Below are positions 19,940 to 29,878 of a stretch of 64,000 nt of DNA, piece after piece. The notes beneath the pieces were generated by a model. The model did no database searches and was not told the DNA's origin. It worked only from the letters and a program-made list of their open reading frames with translations. How positions within the stretch are numbered: position 1 is the stretch's first letter; the number at the start of each line of letters is the position of its first letter. Source of the DNA: Candidatus Latescibacterota bacterium. Lineage in GTDB: Bacteria > Latescibacterota > UBA2968 > UBA8231. A program made the position numbers and the translations under genes. The stretch covers positions 1,056,001 through 1,120,000 of the forward strand of contig OZ252098.1 of assembly GCA_965248355.1 (NCBI GenBank). Reading direction: 5' to 3'.

Positions 19940-21079
19940 ATGTCCGGAACCCCCCGCCCGCGCGCCCCCGGCTGCAGTCCGAGATCATCCGGCCACTGGC
20001 CGAAGGTGCTGCTGCTCCTCCTGCCCGCCGGCGTGGCCAGCGGCGAACCCCACATCGCCCTGCGGGAAGGGCTCAAGTGCTCCACCTGCCACGTGAATCC
20101 CACCGGAGGCGGTCTGCGCAACGGCTATGGAGCGCTGTTCACTCAGACCTCGGTTACTCCTCTGCTTCGGGAGATGTCGAGGCGGTCGCCCGACTTCTCC
20201 GGCGACCTGGGTTCCAGCGTAACCCTCGGAGGAGATCTCGTGGTCGCCAACCGCAGCCAGTTGCCCATCGAGGGCGAGGGCGCCCGCAACAGCTTCGTCG
20301 TCGACAGCGGAAACCTCTACATCCAGGCCCGCCTGATCCCGGGCCGGCTCTCCTTGTATATCGACGAGAGCGTGGCCCCCGGGGGCGCGAGCAACCGGGA
20401 GGCCCTGGTGCTGGTGGAGGGGATCGGCGCTGCGGGCTACCTCAAGGCGGGACGCCTGGTGCGGCCCTTCGGGATCCGGCTGGCCGACGACGAGGCCTTC
20501 GTCCGCCAGGTTACGGGCTTCAACTTCGACAACCAGGATCTGGGCGTCGAGCTCGGTCTCGAGCCAGGTCCCCTGTCGCTGGCGGTGGCCGTCACCAATG
20601 GCAGCGGAGGCACCATCGACGAGAACCTCGGCAAGCAGGTGGCCGTCTCCGGTTCGTTCTGGACGGAGGCAGCCGTCCTCGGCGCCTCGGCCGCGTACAA
20701 CGACGCCCGGGGGGTCCGGCGAATCGTGGTCGGCCCCTTCGCCAGCGCCCATCTGGGGGCCGTGACCCTGACGGGAGAGATCGATCTCATTCGTGATAAG
20801 GTCCGGGACCAGGGCCGTGACGACAGGGCTCAGGTGGTCGGTTTCGCCAGCCTCGACTACTGGTACCGGGATGCCATCGACTTCCGGCTCTCCTTCGACT
20901 ACCACGATCCATACGCCGACTTCGGCGAGGACGAGCGCAGCCGCCTGAGCCTGGGCCTCGAGGCCTTCCTCACGCCCTTTCTGTCCGCCAGCGCCTTCTA
21001 CCGGTTCAAGGACAGCGTTCCCCAGGACGGACCGGGCAACGCCGATGTCCTCGTCGTCAGCCTGCGCACCTTCTTCTGA
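19940..21079 (+). CDS. Monoheme cytochrome c-outer membrane beta-barrel fusion (Cyc2-like architecture)
   Basis: RBS GAAAGGA; signal peptide; CSTCH near the mature N-terminus; amphipathic beta strands; C-terminal Phe. Confidence 0.7.
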   Translation: MSGTPRPRAPGCSPRSSGHWPKVLLLLLPAGVASGEPHIALREGLKCSTCHVNPTGGGLRNGYGALFTQTSVTPLLREMSRRSPDFSGDLGSSVTLGGDLVVANRSQLPIEGEGARNSFVVDSGNLYIQARLIPGRLSLYIDESVAPGGASNREALVLVEGIGAAGYLKAGRLVRPFGIRLADDEAFVRQVTGFNFDNQDLGVELGLEPGPLSLAVAVTNGSGGTIDENLGKQVAVSGSFWTEAAVLGASAAYNDARGVRRIVVGPFASAHLGAVTLTGEIDLIRDKVRDQGRDDRAQVVGFASLDYWYRDAIDFRLSFDYHDPYADFGEDERSRLSLGLEAFLTPFLSASAFYRFKDSVPQDGPGNADVLVVSLRTFF

Positions 21080-21087
21080 ATCCGCTC

Positions 21088-22176
21088 TCAGCGGAAGAGG
21101 AAGGTGATCACCTCCCCGTCCCTGACGACGTGATCCCGGCCCTCCGCCCGCAACCTGCCCCCGACCCGCAGCCGGGCCATGTTTCCGGCCACCGAGATCA
21201 GATCCCCGACTGTGGTCACCTCCGCGCGGATGAATCCGGCCTCCATGTCGGAGTGAATGCGCCCCGCCGCGGCCGCTGCCTTCGTTCCATCGGGGATCTG
21301 CCAGGCCTGCAGCTTGTCCTTGGCCAAGGTATAGAAGGTGATCAGGCCCAGCAGATCACGGGCCGCTCGCAGGAGGCGGCCGACGCCGCTGTCCGCCAGG
21401 CCCAGGAAGGCGAGAAACTCCCCCCTCTCCTCCTCCCCCAGCTGGGCGAGCTCGGCTTCGATGCCCGCGGAGATCGCCAGAACCCCCTGCGGGCCGTAGC
21501 GGTCCCGGAGGCCGCGGGCGGTCCGGCCCTCCGCCGCATCCCCCTCCGAGACATTGGCCACGACGAGCACCGGCTTTTCGGTCAGGAAGCCGTACCCGCG
21601 CAGCGCGGAAAAGTGCTCGGCCGAGAGTCCGCCCAGACGCAGGGGCAGCCCCTTCGCGAGGGCCGCATGGGCCGAGCGCAGAGCGGCCAACTCGGTCTGC
21701 CGGACCGACTTCGGATCGGATCGGACCACCTTGTCGAGTTGTGGCAGATTCCGCTCGGCCACTTCCAGATCGGCGAGAATGAGCTCGGTGTCGACCGTGT
21801 CGGCGTCGCGCAGCGGGTCGAGGTTCCCCTCGACATGGGAGACGGTCTCGGCCTCGAAGCAGCGCACCACGTGCAGCAGCGCCTCCGCAGGCCGCACATC
21901 GGCGAGAAACTGGTTCCCCCTCCCCTCTCCGCGGCTGGCGCCGCGCACAAGGCCCGCGATGTCGGTGAGCTGGACCGTTGCGGGGGTGCAGGTGGCCGGT
22001 TGCAGCAACTCCTCCAGCCGGCGCAGACGTGGATCGGGCACGTCGACGACGGCCACGTTCGGCTCGATGGTGCAGAAGGGGTAGCTGGAGGCAGCCGCCG
22101 AGCCGCGGCTCAGGGCGTTGAAGAGGGTCGACTTGCCGACGTTGGGAAGGCCGACGATCCCCGTGGAAAGACTCAT
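21088..22176 (-). CDS. ychF: Redox-regulated ATPase YchF
   Basis: GIVGLPNVGKST, YPFCTIEPN, DIAGLVRGASRGEG, IHSDMEAGFIRAE. Confidence 0.96.
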   Translation of the reverse strand: MSLSTGIVGLPNVGKSTLFNALSRGSAAASSYPFCTIEPNVAVVDVPDPRLRRLEELLQPATCTPATVQLTDIAGLVRGASRGEGRGNQFLADVRPAEALLHVVRCFEAETVSHVEGNLDPLRDADTVDTELILADLEVAERNLPQLDKVVRSDPKSVRQTELAALRSAHAALAKGLPLRLGGLSAEHFSALRGYGFLTEKPVLVVANVSEGDAAEGRTARGLRDRYGPQGVLAISAGIEAELAQLGEEERGEFLAFLGLADSGVGRLLRAARDLLGLITFYTLAKDKLQAWQIPDGTKAAAAAGRIHSDMEAGFIRAEVTTVGDLISVAGNMARLRVGGRLRAEGRDHVVRDGEVITFLFR

Positions 22177-23870
22177 GGGCCCTCCTCCGCGGGCAGCAGG
22201 GACGGCTGCACCATCAAGGTCTTCTCGCGCTTCACCGAGGCCAGCCCCGGGGGGGCCCCCCGGGGTTTGAAGACGTACTTGGCGAGGGTGTAGACGACGG
22301 GGACCCTGTTGGCCGTGCGGCCCTTGCTCCAGTAGGCGGCCACCGCCGCGGCCTCCTCGAGGGTGGTCCTGGATGGCTCTTCCTTGCGTCCTTCGCGGCG
22401 CAGGATCACGTGCGATCCGGAATACCCGCGGGCGTGGAGCCAGAGGTCGTTCTGAGCCGCCAGGCGGTGGGTGAGCAGATCGTTCTCGCGATTGTTCCGT
22501 CCTGACCACACCGACCATCCCGTGGAGGTCCGGTAGCGGCGCGGGTGAGCAGAGGGCTCCTGGCCCGGGGACCCCCGCCTCCCCTGGCTCGTCCTGTTCA
22601 ATCCCAAGCGGCTCTCCAAGAGCTCCATCTCTTCCTCTGGCAACGGCTTGATCCCTTCTCCCTGAAGACGCTCCAGAAGTTCCCGCGTCTCCTGCTGCTG
22701 TTCCTGGAGGCGCTGAAGGCGCGGCGGCAGCACCTCCAGTCTGCGGCGGTAGCGCCGCGCCCGCTTGAGCATGCGCCCGGCCTGGCCCGCGGCGGACCGT
22801 CCCGGCTCCAGCTCGACGACGATGGTTGCCTCGGCGGCCGGGTCGTGCACATCGGCCACCTCGAGGCGGCCGGGCCCCCGGACCGCCGTGTCCCCCGATG
22901 CCATCAGGGAATGGGCGGCCCTCTCCAGATGGTCCACCCGGCGGGCCTCCTCGAGGTCGGACTGCAGGGCCGCGGTCCGGCGCTCGAGGAGGTCGAGGGC
23001 CCTCTTCAGCCGGGCCTGCTGACCGGCTCCGGGCCGGAATTCGTCAGGTTCGGACACGGGGGACCGCAGGGCCTCGCTCACGGAGGCGAAACGCTCCACC
23101 TCCCGGTTCACGGGCTCCAGAACGGAGACCCGTACCCATCCTCCGCCCGCGGTCCACCGGAAGACATGGTGGTGGGGTCCATGGTGCAGCCGGCGACCAG
23201 CCTCGCCCAGGCCTTCGGCCACGTCCCGGCCGCAATCGGCCAGTGCTCGGCCCGGTTCGGCGCCGGCGTCGGCGCACAATCGGGCGATGACGTGCCGGTC
23301 CATCCCGGCCACCGAACGACGCAGCGCCTCCTCCAGGGTGCCCGGCCCCGAGAGCAGGACTTCCCATTCCGCCCTCCCCAGGGAGGCTGGATCGGCGCGG
23401 TCGGCGAGACCCTGGAAGCGAGGGAGATCGCCGATCCGGGGGGCGCGCCGGTCACCCTCGCCCGACCAGGCGCCGAGGATCCGGCCGTGGCGCTCTCCGA
23501 CGAGGCACAGCCGGTACCGGGGCGGGATCACCATGACCATGAGGACGCCGTAGGTCGGTTCCCCCGAGGCATCGCTTCTGCGGAGGCGAACCAGGAGGAC
23601 CCGGTCCCCTTGCTGACAAGTGACCGACTCGACACGGGCGCCCATGAGATACCGCAGGGAGCGGTCGGGCCGCTCTTCCCGCACCGGGGAGGATCCCAGG
23701 CCGATGCGGCCCGGCGGGCCGAAGGCGACCTGCAGCGAGTGCGCCGGCGCGCCCTGCGCCTCCAGCGACATCCCCGCCCCGTCGGCGGTGACACGGTGGA
23801 GGCGGCGGCCTTCCCAGGCGGCGTGCAACTCCGTCGAGAACCGCTCGAGCGTGATCCGGTCGAGGAGCAT
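22173..23870 (-). CDS. rqcH: RqcH/NFACT (FbpA) ribosome quality control protein
   Basis: GDRVL, coiled coil, GRNNREND, DLWLHARGYSGSHV, AAYWSK. Confidence 0.88.
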   Translation of the reverse strand: MLLDRITLERFSTELHAAWEGRRLHRVTADGAGMSLEAQGAPAHSLQVAFGPPGRIGLGSSPVREERPDRSLRYLMGARVESVTCQQGDRVLLVRLRRSDASGEPTYGVLMVMVIPPRYRLCLVGERHGRILGAWSGEGDRRAPRIGDLPRFQGLADRADPASLGRAEWEVLLSGPGTLEEALRRSVAGMDRHVIARLCADAGAEPGRALADCGRDVAEGLGEAGRRLHHGPHHHVFRWTAGGGWVRVSVLEPVNREVERFASVSEALRSPVSEPDEFRPGAGQQARLKRALDLLERRTAALQSDLEEARRVDHLERAAHSLMASGDTAVRGPGRLEVADVHDPAAEATIVVELEPGRSAAGQAGRMLKRARRYRRRLEVLPPRLQRLQEQQQETRELLERLQGEGIKPLPEEEMELLESRLGLNRTSQGRRGSPGQEPSAHPRRYRTSTGWSVWSGRNNRENDLLTHRLAAQNDLWLHARGYSGSHVILRREGRKEEPSRTTLEEAAAVAAYWSKGRTANRVPVVYTLAKYVFKPRGAPPGLASVKREKTLMVQPSLLPAEEGP

Positions 23871-23918
23871 GGTGGTCTGGGGGGTCGCGGCGGTGGGTCC
23901 GGGGGCCGGACCCACCGC

Positions 23919-26696
23919 TCAGGCCTCGAGCATCTCCAGGCTCGCGGACAGCCTGGAGAGGCTGGCGCGGTATTCCTTCCGGCGCAGCCGCTCCTTCTCG
24001 ACCACCGCTGCGGGCGCCCTGGCCAGGAAGGCGTCGTTGTCCAGCTTCCCCTCCAGTCCCCTCACCAGGCCCTGCAGCTTCTCGATCTCCTTGCGCAGCC
24101 TGCGGCTCTCGGCGTCGACGTCGATCAGGCCCGCAAGGGGGATGAAGATCTCCACGTCCCCCACCACCGCGCTGCCCGAGGAGGGGGGTTGCGGAAGTCC
24201 GGCGCCCACATCGAGGGATCCGGTGCCCACCAGGGTCTCCAGGTAGGCTCGGTGGCGGTCGAGGGAGGCGGCGCTCTCGGCCCCGCCCGTGGACACGACG
24301 AGGTCCACCTGCCGACTCCGGGGCACGTTGAGCTCGCTGCGGATGGTGCGCGCCGCCGAGATCACCTCCTGCAGGAAGCCCATCTCCCGCTCCGCGTCTT
24401 CGTCCAGGTCTCCCTCCTCGGCCACCGGCCACGAGGCGACCATCAGGCTCTCGGGCGCGTCCTGCACCGGCAACTGCTGCCACAGCTCCTCGGTGACGAA
24501 GGGCATGATGGGGTGCATCAGGCGCAGGGCCTGCTCGAGGACCGAGACCAGCACCTCCCGCACCTGGGCCCGCTCCGCGGCGGATCCGGCCACCAGCCGG
24601 GGCTTGGCCAGCTCGATGTACCAGTCGCAATAGTCGCGCCAGAGAAAGTCGTGCAGGGCCCGGGTCGCATCGCCGAATCGATACGCCTCCTGGGCCTGAT
24701 CGACGAGTTGCACGGTGCTTGCCAGTCGACTGCGGATCCAGCGGTCCGCCAGGTCCCCGGGAGGCCTTCCGGGCGGCGGCGTCCCGGACCCGTCGAGGTT
24801 CATCAGCACGTAGCGGACCGAGTTCCACAGCTTGTTGCAGAACCGCCGCCCCGCCTCGGCGCTGAGGCTCACCTTGACCTCGTTGTCGATCACGTCGGCG
24901 TCGAAGCGCATGTCCTGGGTCGAGCCGCACTGGGCGAGCAGGCTCCAGCGGGTGGCGTCGGCGCCGTACAGGCGCACCAGGTCGAGGGGGTTCAGACCGG
25001 TGCCCAGGCTCTTGCTCATCCGCCGCCCGTCCCGGGTGAATACCGTGGGGTGAACGAGAACGGTGCGGAAGGGGATCTCCTCGACGAACTCGACGGCGGT
25101 CATCACCATCCGCAGGACCCACAGGTAGAGGATCTGCCGGTCCGTGATCATCAGGTCCGTGGGATGGAAGTAGTCGAGATCCTCGGTGGACTCCGGCCAT
25201 CCCAGGGTGGCGAAGGGCCAGAGGGCCGACGAGAACCACGTGTCGAGCACATCGGGATCCTGGACGATGCGCCGGCCCCCGCAGTCCTGGCAGGCGGCCG
25301 GTGGTTCGAGGCGGACCATGGGCCGGGCCCCGGCCTCGACGGAGACGCGGAAGGCGCCGGCAGCCAGGGCCTCGTCCCGCGGGTACCCGCTCAGGGGCTC
25401 CAGACCGCCGCCCGAGCAGTCGACGCAGTAGTAGGCGGGGATCCGGTGCCCCCACCAGATCTGCCGCGACAGGGCCCAGTCGCGGATGTTGTCGAGCCAC
25501 TCCAGCGCGTAGCCTCGATAGCGGTCGGGCACGTAGGCGACCGGGTCCGCGGGGCCTGCCCCCTCGAGGTGGGGACGGATCTTGCGGGCCAGCCCCTTCA
25601 TGTCCATGAACCACTGCTCCATGGGCAACGGCTCGATCACCGTTCCGCACTTGTCGTGGTGCGGCACGGCGTGCTCGTGGTCCTCGGAGGTCACCAGCAG
25701 ACCCGCCGACTCCAGGGCGGCCACCACGTTCTTCCGGCACTCGTAGCGGTCCTGGCCGGCGAAGGAGCCCGCCCCGGCCGTCATCACCGCGTCGAAATCG
25801 ATGACGAGAATCTGGTCCAGTCCGTGGCGGGCGCCGACCTCGTAGTCGTTCGGATCGTGGGCCGGGGTCACCTTGAGCGCTCCCGAGCCCATCTCCGGGT
25901 CGACGTAGTCGTCGGCCACGATGGGTATGGGCCGATCCATCAGGGGCAGCATCACCTTCCGGCCGACGGCGGTCTTCCAGCGCTCGTCGCCGGGATGGAC
26001 GGCCACGCCCGAGTCTCCGAGCATGGTCTCCGGGCGCGTCGTGGCCACCACCACGTCGGGGCCCCCGTCGACGCCGGGATAGCGAATGTGCCACAGCCGG
26101 CCGGTCGTCAGGATCTCCTCGGTCTCCAGGTCGGAGATGACGCTGCCGCACTTGGGGCACCAGTTGATCATCCGGGTGCCGCGGTAGATCCAGCCCTTCT
26201 CGTGGAAGCTCTGGAAGGCCTTCAGGACGGCGGCGACGTACCCGTCGTCGAGGGTGAAGCGGGTGCGCTCCCAGTCGTAGCTGCAGCCCAGCTTGCGCAT
26301 CTGGTCGTAGATCGCCTCTCCGTAGGTCTCTCGCCAGGCCCAGATGCGCTCCACCAGGCCCTCTCGGCCGAGGTCGTGGCGGGTCCGGCCCTCCTCCTTC
26401 AGAAGCTGCTCCTCCACCTTCATCTGGGTGGCGATCCCGGCGTGGTCGGTGCCGGGGAGCACGAGCGCCTCGTACCCCTGCATGCGCTTGCGGCGGATGA
26501 CGTTGTCGTGGATCGCGTGCTGCACCGCATGCCCCATGTGCAGCTCCCCGGTGACGTTCGGGGGCGGGATCGTGATGCAGAACGGCGTGCGTTCCGGGTT
26601 CGGCCGGGCGCGGAAATAGCCCGCCGACTCCCATCGTCCGTACCAGTTCCGTTCGCAGCTTTCGGGGTCGTATCGCTTGGGAAGCTCGCCGGGCAT
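23919..26696 (-). CDS. valS: Valine--tRNA ligase
   Basis: PPPNVTGELHMGH, GTDHAGIATQ, DVLDTWFSSALWP, RMSKS, C-terminal coiled coil. Confidence 0.98.
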   Translation of the reverse strand: MPGELPKRYDPESCERNWYGRWESAGYFRARPNPERTPFCITIPPPNVTGELHMGHAVQHAIHDNVIRRKRMQGYEALVLPGTDHAGIATQMKVEEQLLKEEGRTRHDLGREGLVERIWAWRETYGEAIYDQMRKLGCSYDWERTRFTLDDGYVAAVLKAFQSFHEKGWIYRGTRMINWCPKCGSVISDLETEEILTTGRLWHIRYPGVDGGPDVVVATTRPETMLGDSGVAVHPGDERWKTAVGRKVMLPLMDRPIPIVADDYVDPEMGSGALKVTPAHDPNDYEVGARHGLDQILVIDFDAVMTAGAGSFAGQDRYECRKNVVAALESAGLLVTSEDHEHAVPHHDKCGTVIEPLPMEQWFMDMKGLARKIRPHLEGAGPADPVAYVPDRYRGYALEWLDNIRDWALSRQIWWGHRIPAYYCVDCSGGGLEPLSGYPRDEALAAGAFRVSVEAGARPMVRLEPPAACQDCGGRRIVQDPDVLDTWFSSALWPFATLGWPESTEDLDYFHPTDLMITDRQILYLWVLRMVMTAVEFVEEIPFRTVLVHPTVFTRDGRRMSKSLGTGLNPLDLVRLYGADATRWSLLAQCGSTQDMRFDADVIDNEVKVSLSAEAGRRFCNKLWNSVRYVLMNLDGSGTPPPGRPPGDLADRWIRSRLASTVQLVDQAQEAYRFGDATRALHDFLWRDYCDWYIELAKPRLVAGSAAERAQVREVLVSVLEQALRLMHPIMPFVTEELWQQLPVQDAPESLMVASWPVAEEGDLDEDAEREMGFLQEVISAARTIRSELNVPRSRQVDLVVSTGGAESAASLDRHRAYLETLVGTGSLDVGAGLPQPPSSGSAVVGDVEIFIPLAGLIDVDAESRRLRKEIEKLQGLVRGLEGKLDNDAFLARAPAAVVEKERLRRKEYRASLSRLSASLEMLEA

Positions 26697-26753
26697 GCGA
26701 TCTCGGAAGAGGACTTCGTTGAATGGTGTAACCGCGTGTCAGATAAGGAGTTC

Positions 26754-26782
26754 AATATAGGAGGGAGGGTCTGTACTGACAA
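26754..26782 (-). promoter_or_regulatory. Sigma70 promoter for valS
   Basis: TTGTCA-17 bp-TATATT. Confidence 0.7.
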
Positions 26783-26819
26783 TCCTCCAGAAGCCCCCAT
26801 CCGGCCTCCGAGGCCGGCT

Positions 26820-26848
26820 TTGCCGTCCCCCGGGGCGGCTTCTATACT
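26820..26848 (+). promoter_or_regulatory. Sigma70 promoter for murQ operon
   Basis: TTGCCG-17 bp-TATACT. Confidence 0.7.
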
Positions 26849-26911
26849 TGGCCGGGCCCCGGAGTCCGCTCCACCCCGACTGGCCCAGCGACTCGAAGCC
26901 GCGACCCCCCG

Positions 26912-27820
26912 ATGACGGACTGGTCTTCCCTGTCGACGGAACAGCGCAATCCGGCCAGCGCGGAGATCGACGAGCTGGACACCCTGGACTTGGTGCGCCT
27001 GATCAACCGCGAGGAGGCCCGGGTGCCGATGGCGGTGGAGAGGGTATTGCCCGAACTCGCCCGGGCCGTCGATCTGGTGGTCGGGGCGGTCCGTTCGGGA
27101 GGCCGTCTCTTCTATGCCGGCGCCGGGAGCAGCGGCCGCCTCGGGATCCTCGACGCCTCGGAATGCCCACCCACGTACGGCACCGACCCGGAGCTGGTGC
27201 AGGGCCTGATCGCGGGCGGCGAGGGCGCCGCGTTCCGGGCCGTGGAGGGGGCCGAGGACGACCCGGACGGGGCGGTGCCCGAGTTCGAGGCCCGGCGCCT
27301 GAGTTCGAAGGACATCGTCGTGGGCATCGCCGCCAGCGGCGTGACACCCTGGGTGCTCGGCGCCCTGCGCCACGCCCGATCGCGGGGCTGCACGACCTTC
27401 CTGGTCTCCTGCAGCCCCGGCGCCGCGGCGGCGGTGGAGGCGGACGTGACGATCGTGCCGGAGGTCGGCCCCGAGGTCGTCACCGGCTCCACCCGCCTCA
27501 AGGCGGGTACGGCGACCAAGCTGGTCCTCAACACCCTGACCACGGCCGCCATGGTCCGTCTGGGCAAGACCTACGGAGACCTCATGGTCGACCTGAAGCC
27601 GACGAATGCCAAGCTCCGGGACCGCAGCGGCCGGATCCTGTCGGTCCTGTCCGGGATCGACCCGGAGACGGCGCGCCGACAGCTGGAGACGGTGGGTTGG
27701 GACCTGAAGCTGGCGCTGGTGATGCGGATCTGCGCCGTGGACGCCGCCCGCGCCCGCCAGCTGCTGCAGACCAGCGGAGGTCACGTGAAGCGGGCCGTCG
27801 CCCTCGCCGGAGGCGCTTGA
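26912..27820 (+). CDS. murQ: N-acetylmuramic acid 6-phosphate etherase
   Basis: TEQRNP, GAGSSGRLGILDASECPPT, GPEVVTGSTRLKAGTATK. Confidence 0.96.
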   Translation: MTDWSSLSTEQRNPASAEIDELDTLDLVRLINREEARVPMAVERVLPELARAVDLVVGAVRSGGRLFYAGAGSSGRLGILDASECPPTYGTDPELVQGLIAGGEGAAFRAVEGAEDDPDGAVPEFEARRLSSKDIVVGIAASGVTPWVLGALRHARSRGCTTFLVSCSPGAAAAVEADVTIVPEVGPEVVTGSTRLKAGTATKLVLNTLTTAAMVRLGKTYGDLMVDLKPTNAKLRDRSGRILSVLSGIDPETARRQLETVGWDLKLALVMRICAVDAARARQLLQTSGGHVKRAVALAGGA

Positions 27821-28771
27821 TTGGAGACCCGCACCCTCGGCTCCACCAACCTTCGCGTCTCCGCCCTCGGCCTCGGCACGGTGGAGCTGGGCATCCCCTA
27901 CGGGATCCGCAAGCCGCCACCACCGGATGACGGCCTCTGCCTCCGGCTCCTGCACAAGGCCCGCGACGAGGGCGTGACCTACTTCGACACCGCCCCGGCC
28001 TACGGGCGCAGCGAGGAGATCGTGGGCCGCGCCTTCCCCGGTTCCCGCGGCGTCGTCCTGGCTACCAAGGTCTCTCTTCTGGACGGCTCCGGGGCCTTCC
28101 CTCCCCCGGAGAACCTGTCCCGAGCCGTCATCGACTCCGTGGACCGCAGCCGCCGGCGCTTCTCGCTGGAGACGCTCGACGTGCTGCAGATCCACAGCCT
28201 CGGGGACCAGGGGGACATGAGCGAGGCCCTGCTGGCAGCCATGGCCGAGCAGGTGGAGGCCGGCCGCGTGCGTCATTGGGGCGTGTCCACCTACGGCCGG
28301 AGGGCGCCCCGGAGGGTGCTGCGGCAGAGGCAGGCCATCGACGTCCTGCAGGTGGCCTACAGCATCCTCGACCGCACCCTCGAAGAGGAGATCCTGCCCC
28401 GCTGCCGCGAGCAGGACGTGGGCCTCGTGGTGCGCTCCGTCTTCCTGCAGGGGGTGCTCTCGGCGAGGCGGCGCCATCTCGGCGCCCGGCTGGCGCCGCT
28501 ACGGCTGGCGGCCGGCGCCGCGGGCCGGGTCGCCGACGGCCTCGGGATCGGCCTGCCCGAACTCGCCTTGCGTTTCGCCCTCCACGAGTCCGGGGCCCAC
28601 GTGACCCTCGTCGGTACCGCCCATCCGGAGGAGCTCGACGCCAATCTGCGCGCCATTGCAGCCGGTCCACTGCCCGCCGACGCGGTGGCCGAGCTGCGCC
28701 GGATTCACATCGAGAACGAGCGTCTGCTCGATCCAGGAACCTGGACCCCTTCCCCAGAAGGCCCAAACTGA
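27821..28771 (+). CDS. Aldo/keto reductase
   Basis: LGLGT, FDTAPAYGRSEE, ATK, LDVLQIH, WGVS. Confidence 0.92.
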   Translation: METRTLGSTNLRVSALGLGTVELGIPYGIRKPPPPDDGLCLRLLHKARDEGVTYFDTAPAYGRSEEIVGRAFPGSRGVVLATKVSLLDGSGAFPPPENLSRAVIDSVDRSRRRFSLETLDVLQIHSLGDQGDMSEALLAAMAEQVEAGRVRHWGVSTYGRRAPRRVLRQRQAIDVLQVAYSILDRTLEEEILPRCREQDVGLVVRSVFLQGVLSARRRHLGARLAPLRLAAGAAGRVADGLGIGLPELALRFALHESGAHVTLVGTAHPEELDANLRAIAAGPLPADAVAELRRIHIENERLLDPGTWTPSPEGPN

Positions 28772-29871
28772 TGCCACATCCTTCCCAGTCCATCGGTCTG
28801 CCGGTGGACGAGCTCGATACGCCGGCCCTGCTCGTCGACCTGAATCGCTTCGAATCCAACGTGGCGCACCTGGCCGGGTACTGCCGCGATCACGGCGTCT
28901 CCTGGCGCCCGCACAGCAAGGCCCACAAGAGCCCGGAAATCGCCGCCATCCAGCGCTCCGCGGGTGCGATCGGGGTCACCTGCGCAAAGCTCAGCGAGGC
29001 CGAGATCATGGTCGACCACGGGGTCGAGGATGTGCTGCTGGCGAACCAGGTGATGTCCCATGCCAAGCTGTGCAGACTCTCCCGGCTCCAGGAGCGGGCC
29101 CGGGTGATCGGCATCGTCGACGCCGAGGAAGCGCTGCGCGCCGCCTCGGCCGCCGCCGTGGAGACCGGCCCCCCGATTCCGTTGCTCGTCGATGTCGACA
29201 TCGGCATGCACCGCACCGGCGTCTCTCCCGAGGCGGTGCTGCCCCTGGCGCGCCGGATCGCCAACGCGCCCGGCACCCGGCTCCTCGGCGTGATGGGATA
29301 CGAGGGCCACGTGCTCAACGAGCATCCGGCCGAGGTCAAGGAACGAGCCTGCCACGAGGCCCTCACCAACCTGGGGCGGGCCCGGGAAGAGCTGCTGGCC
29401 GACGGCCTTCCCTGCGAGATCGTGTCGGCGGGAGGCACGGGGTCGTACGCCCTCACCGCGGCCTGGGAGGGGATCACGGAGATTCAGGCCGGGGGCGGGA
29501 TCTTCATGGACGCCATGTACCGCGAGGTCTGCCACGTCGGCGAGGAGCTCGGCTTCGCTCTCACCGTGCTGGCCAGCGTCACCGGCCGGCATGGCGGCCA
29601 CATCGTCCTCGACTCCGGCTTCAAGACCCTGTCCGCCTTCCATTACCCGCCCCGGGCGCTCGACCGCGACGACCTGGAGTTCCGCTACCTGTCCGCCGAG
29701 CACGGCGTATTCGATATCCGGGGCGGCGGAGGCCCCGCTCTGGGCGAGCGTATCCACCTGCTGCCCGGGTACAGCGACTCGACCACCGTGCTCCACGACG
29801 CGTTTCTGGGAGTTCGCGAGGGCCGCGTCGAGTGCCTCTGGCAAATCCTCGGCCGCGGGGCCCTGACCTGA
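28771..29871 (+). CDS. PLP fold-III enzyme, DSD1/D-threonine aldolase family
   Basis: LDTPALLVD, WRPHSKAHKS, RTGV, MGYEGH, SAGGTG, LSAEHG. Confidence 0.9.
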   Translation: MPHPSQSIGLPVDELDTPALLVDLNRFESNVAHLAGYCRDHGVSWRPHSKAHKSPEIAAIQRSAGAIGVTCAKLSEAEIMVDHGVEDVLLANQVMSHAKLCRLSRLQERARVIGIVDAEEALRAASAAAVETGPPIPLLVDVDIGMHRTGVSPEAVLPLARRIANAPGTRLLGVMGYEGHVLNEHPAEVKERACHEALTNLGRAREELLADGLPCEIVSAGGTGSYALTAAWEGITEIQAGGGIFMDAMYREVCHVGEELGFALTVLASVTGRHGGHIVLDSGFKTLSAFHYPPRALDRDDLEFRYLSAEHGVFDIRGGGGPALGERIHLLPGYSDSTTVLHDAFLGVREGRVECLWQILGRGALT

Positions 29872-29878
29872 CGGCCAC

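Noticed and set aside
22545..26915. 1456-aa + strand ORF and other long antisense ORFs (e.g. 38627-40891, 53488-55488)
   Set aside because: Shadow frames of valS/rqcH, gcvP and rnr caused by high GC; no recognisable motifs.
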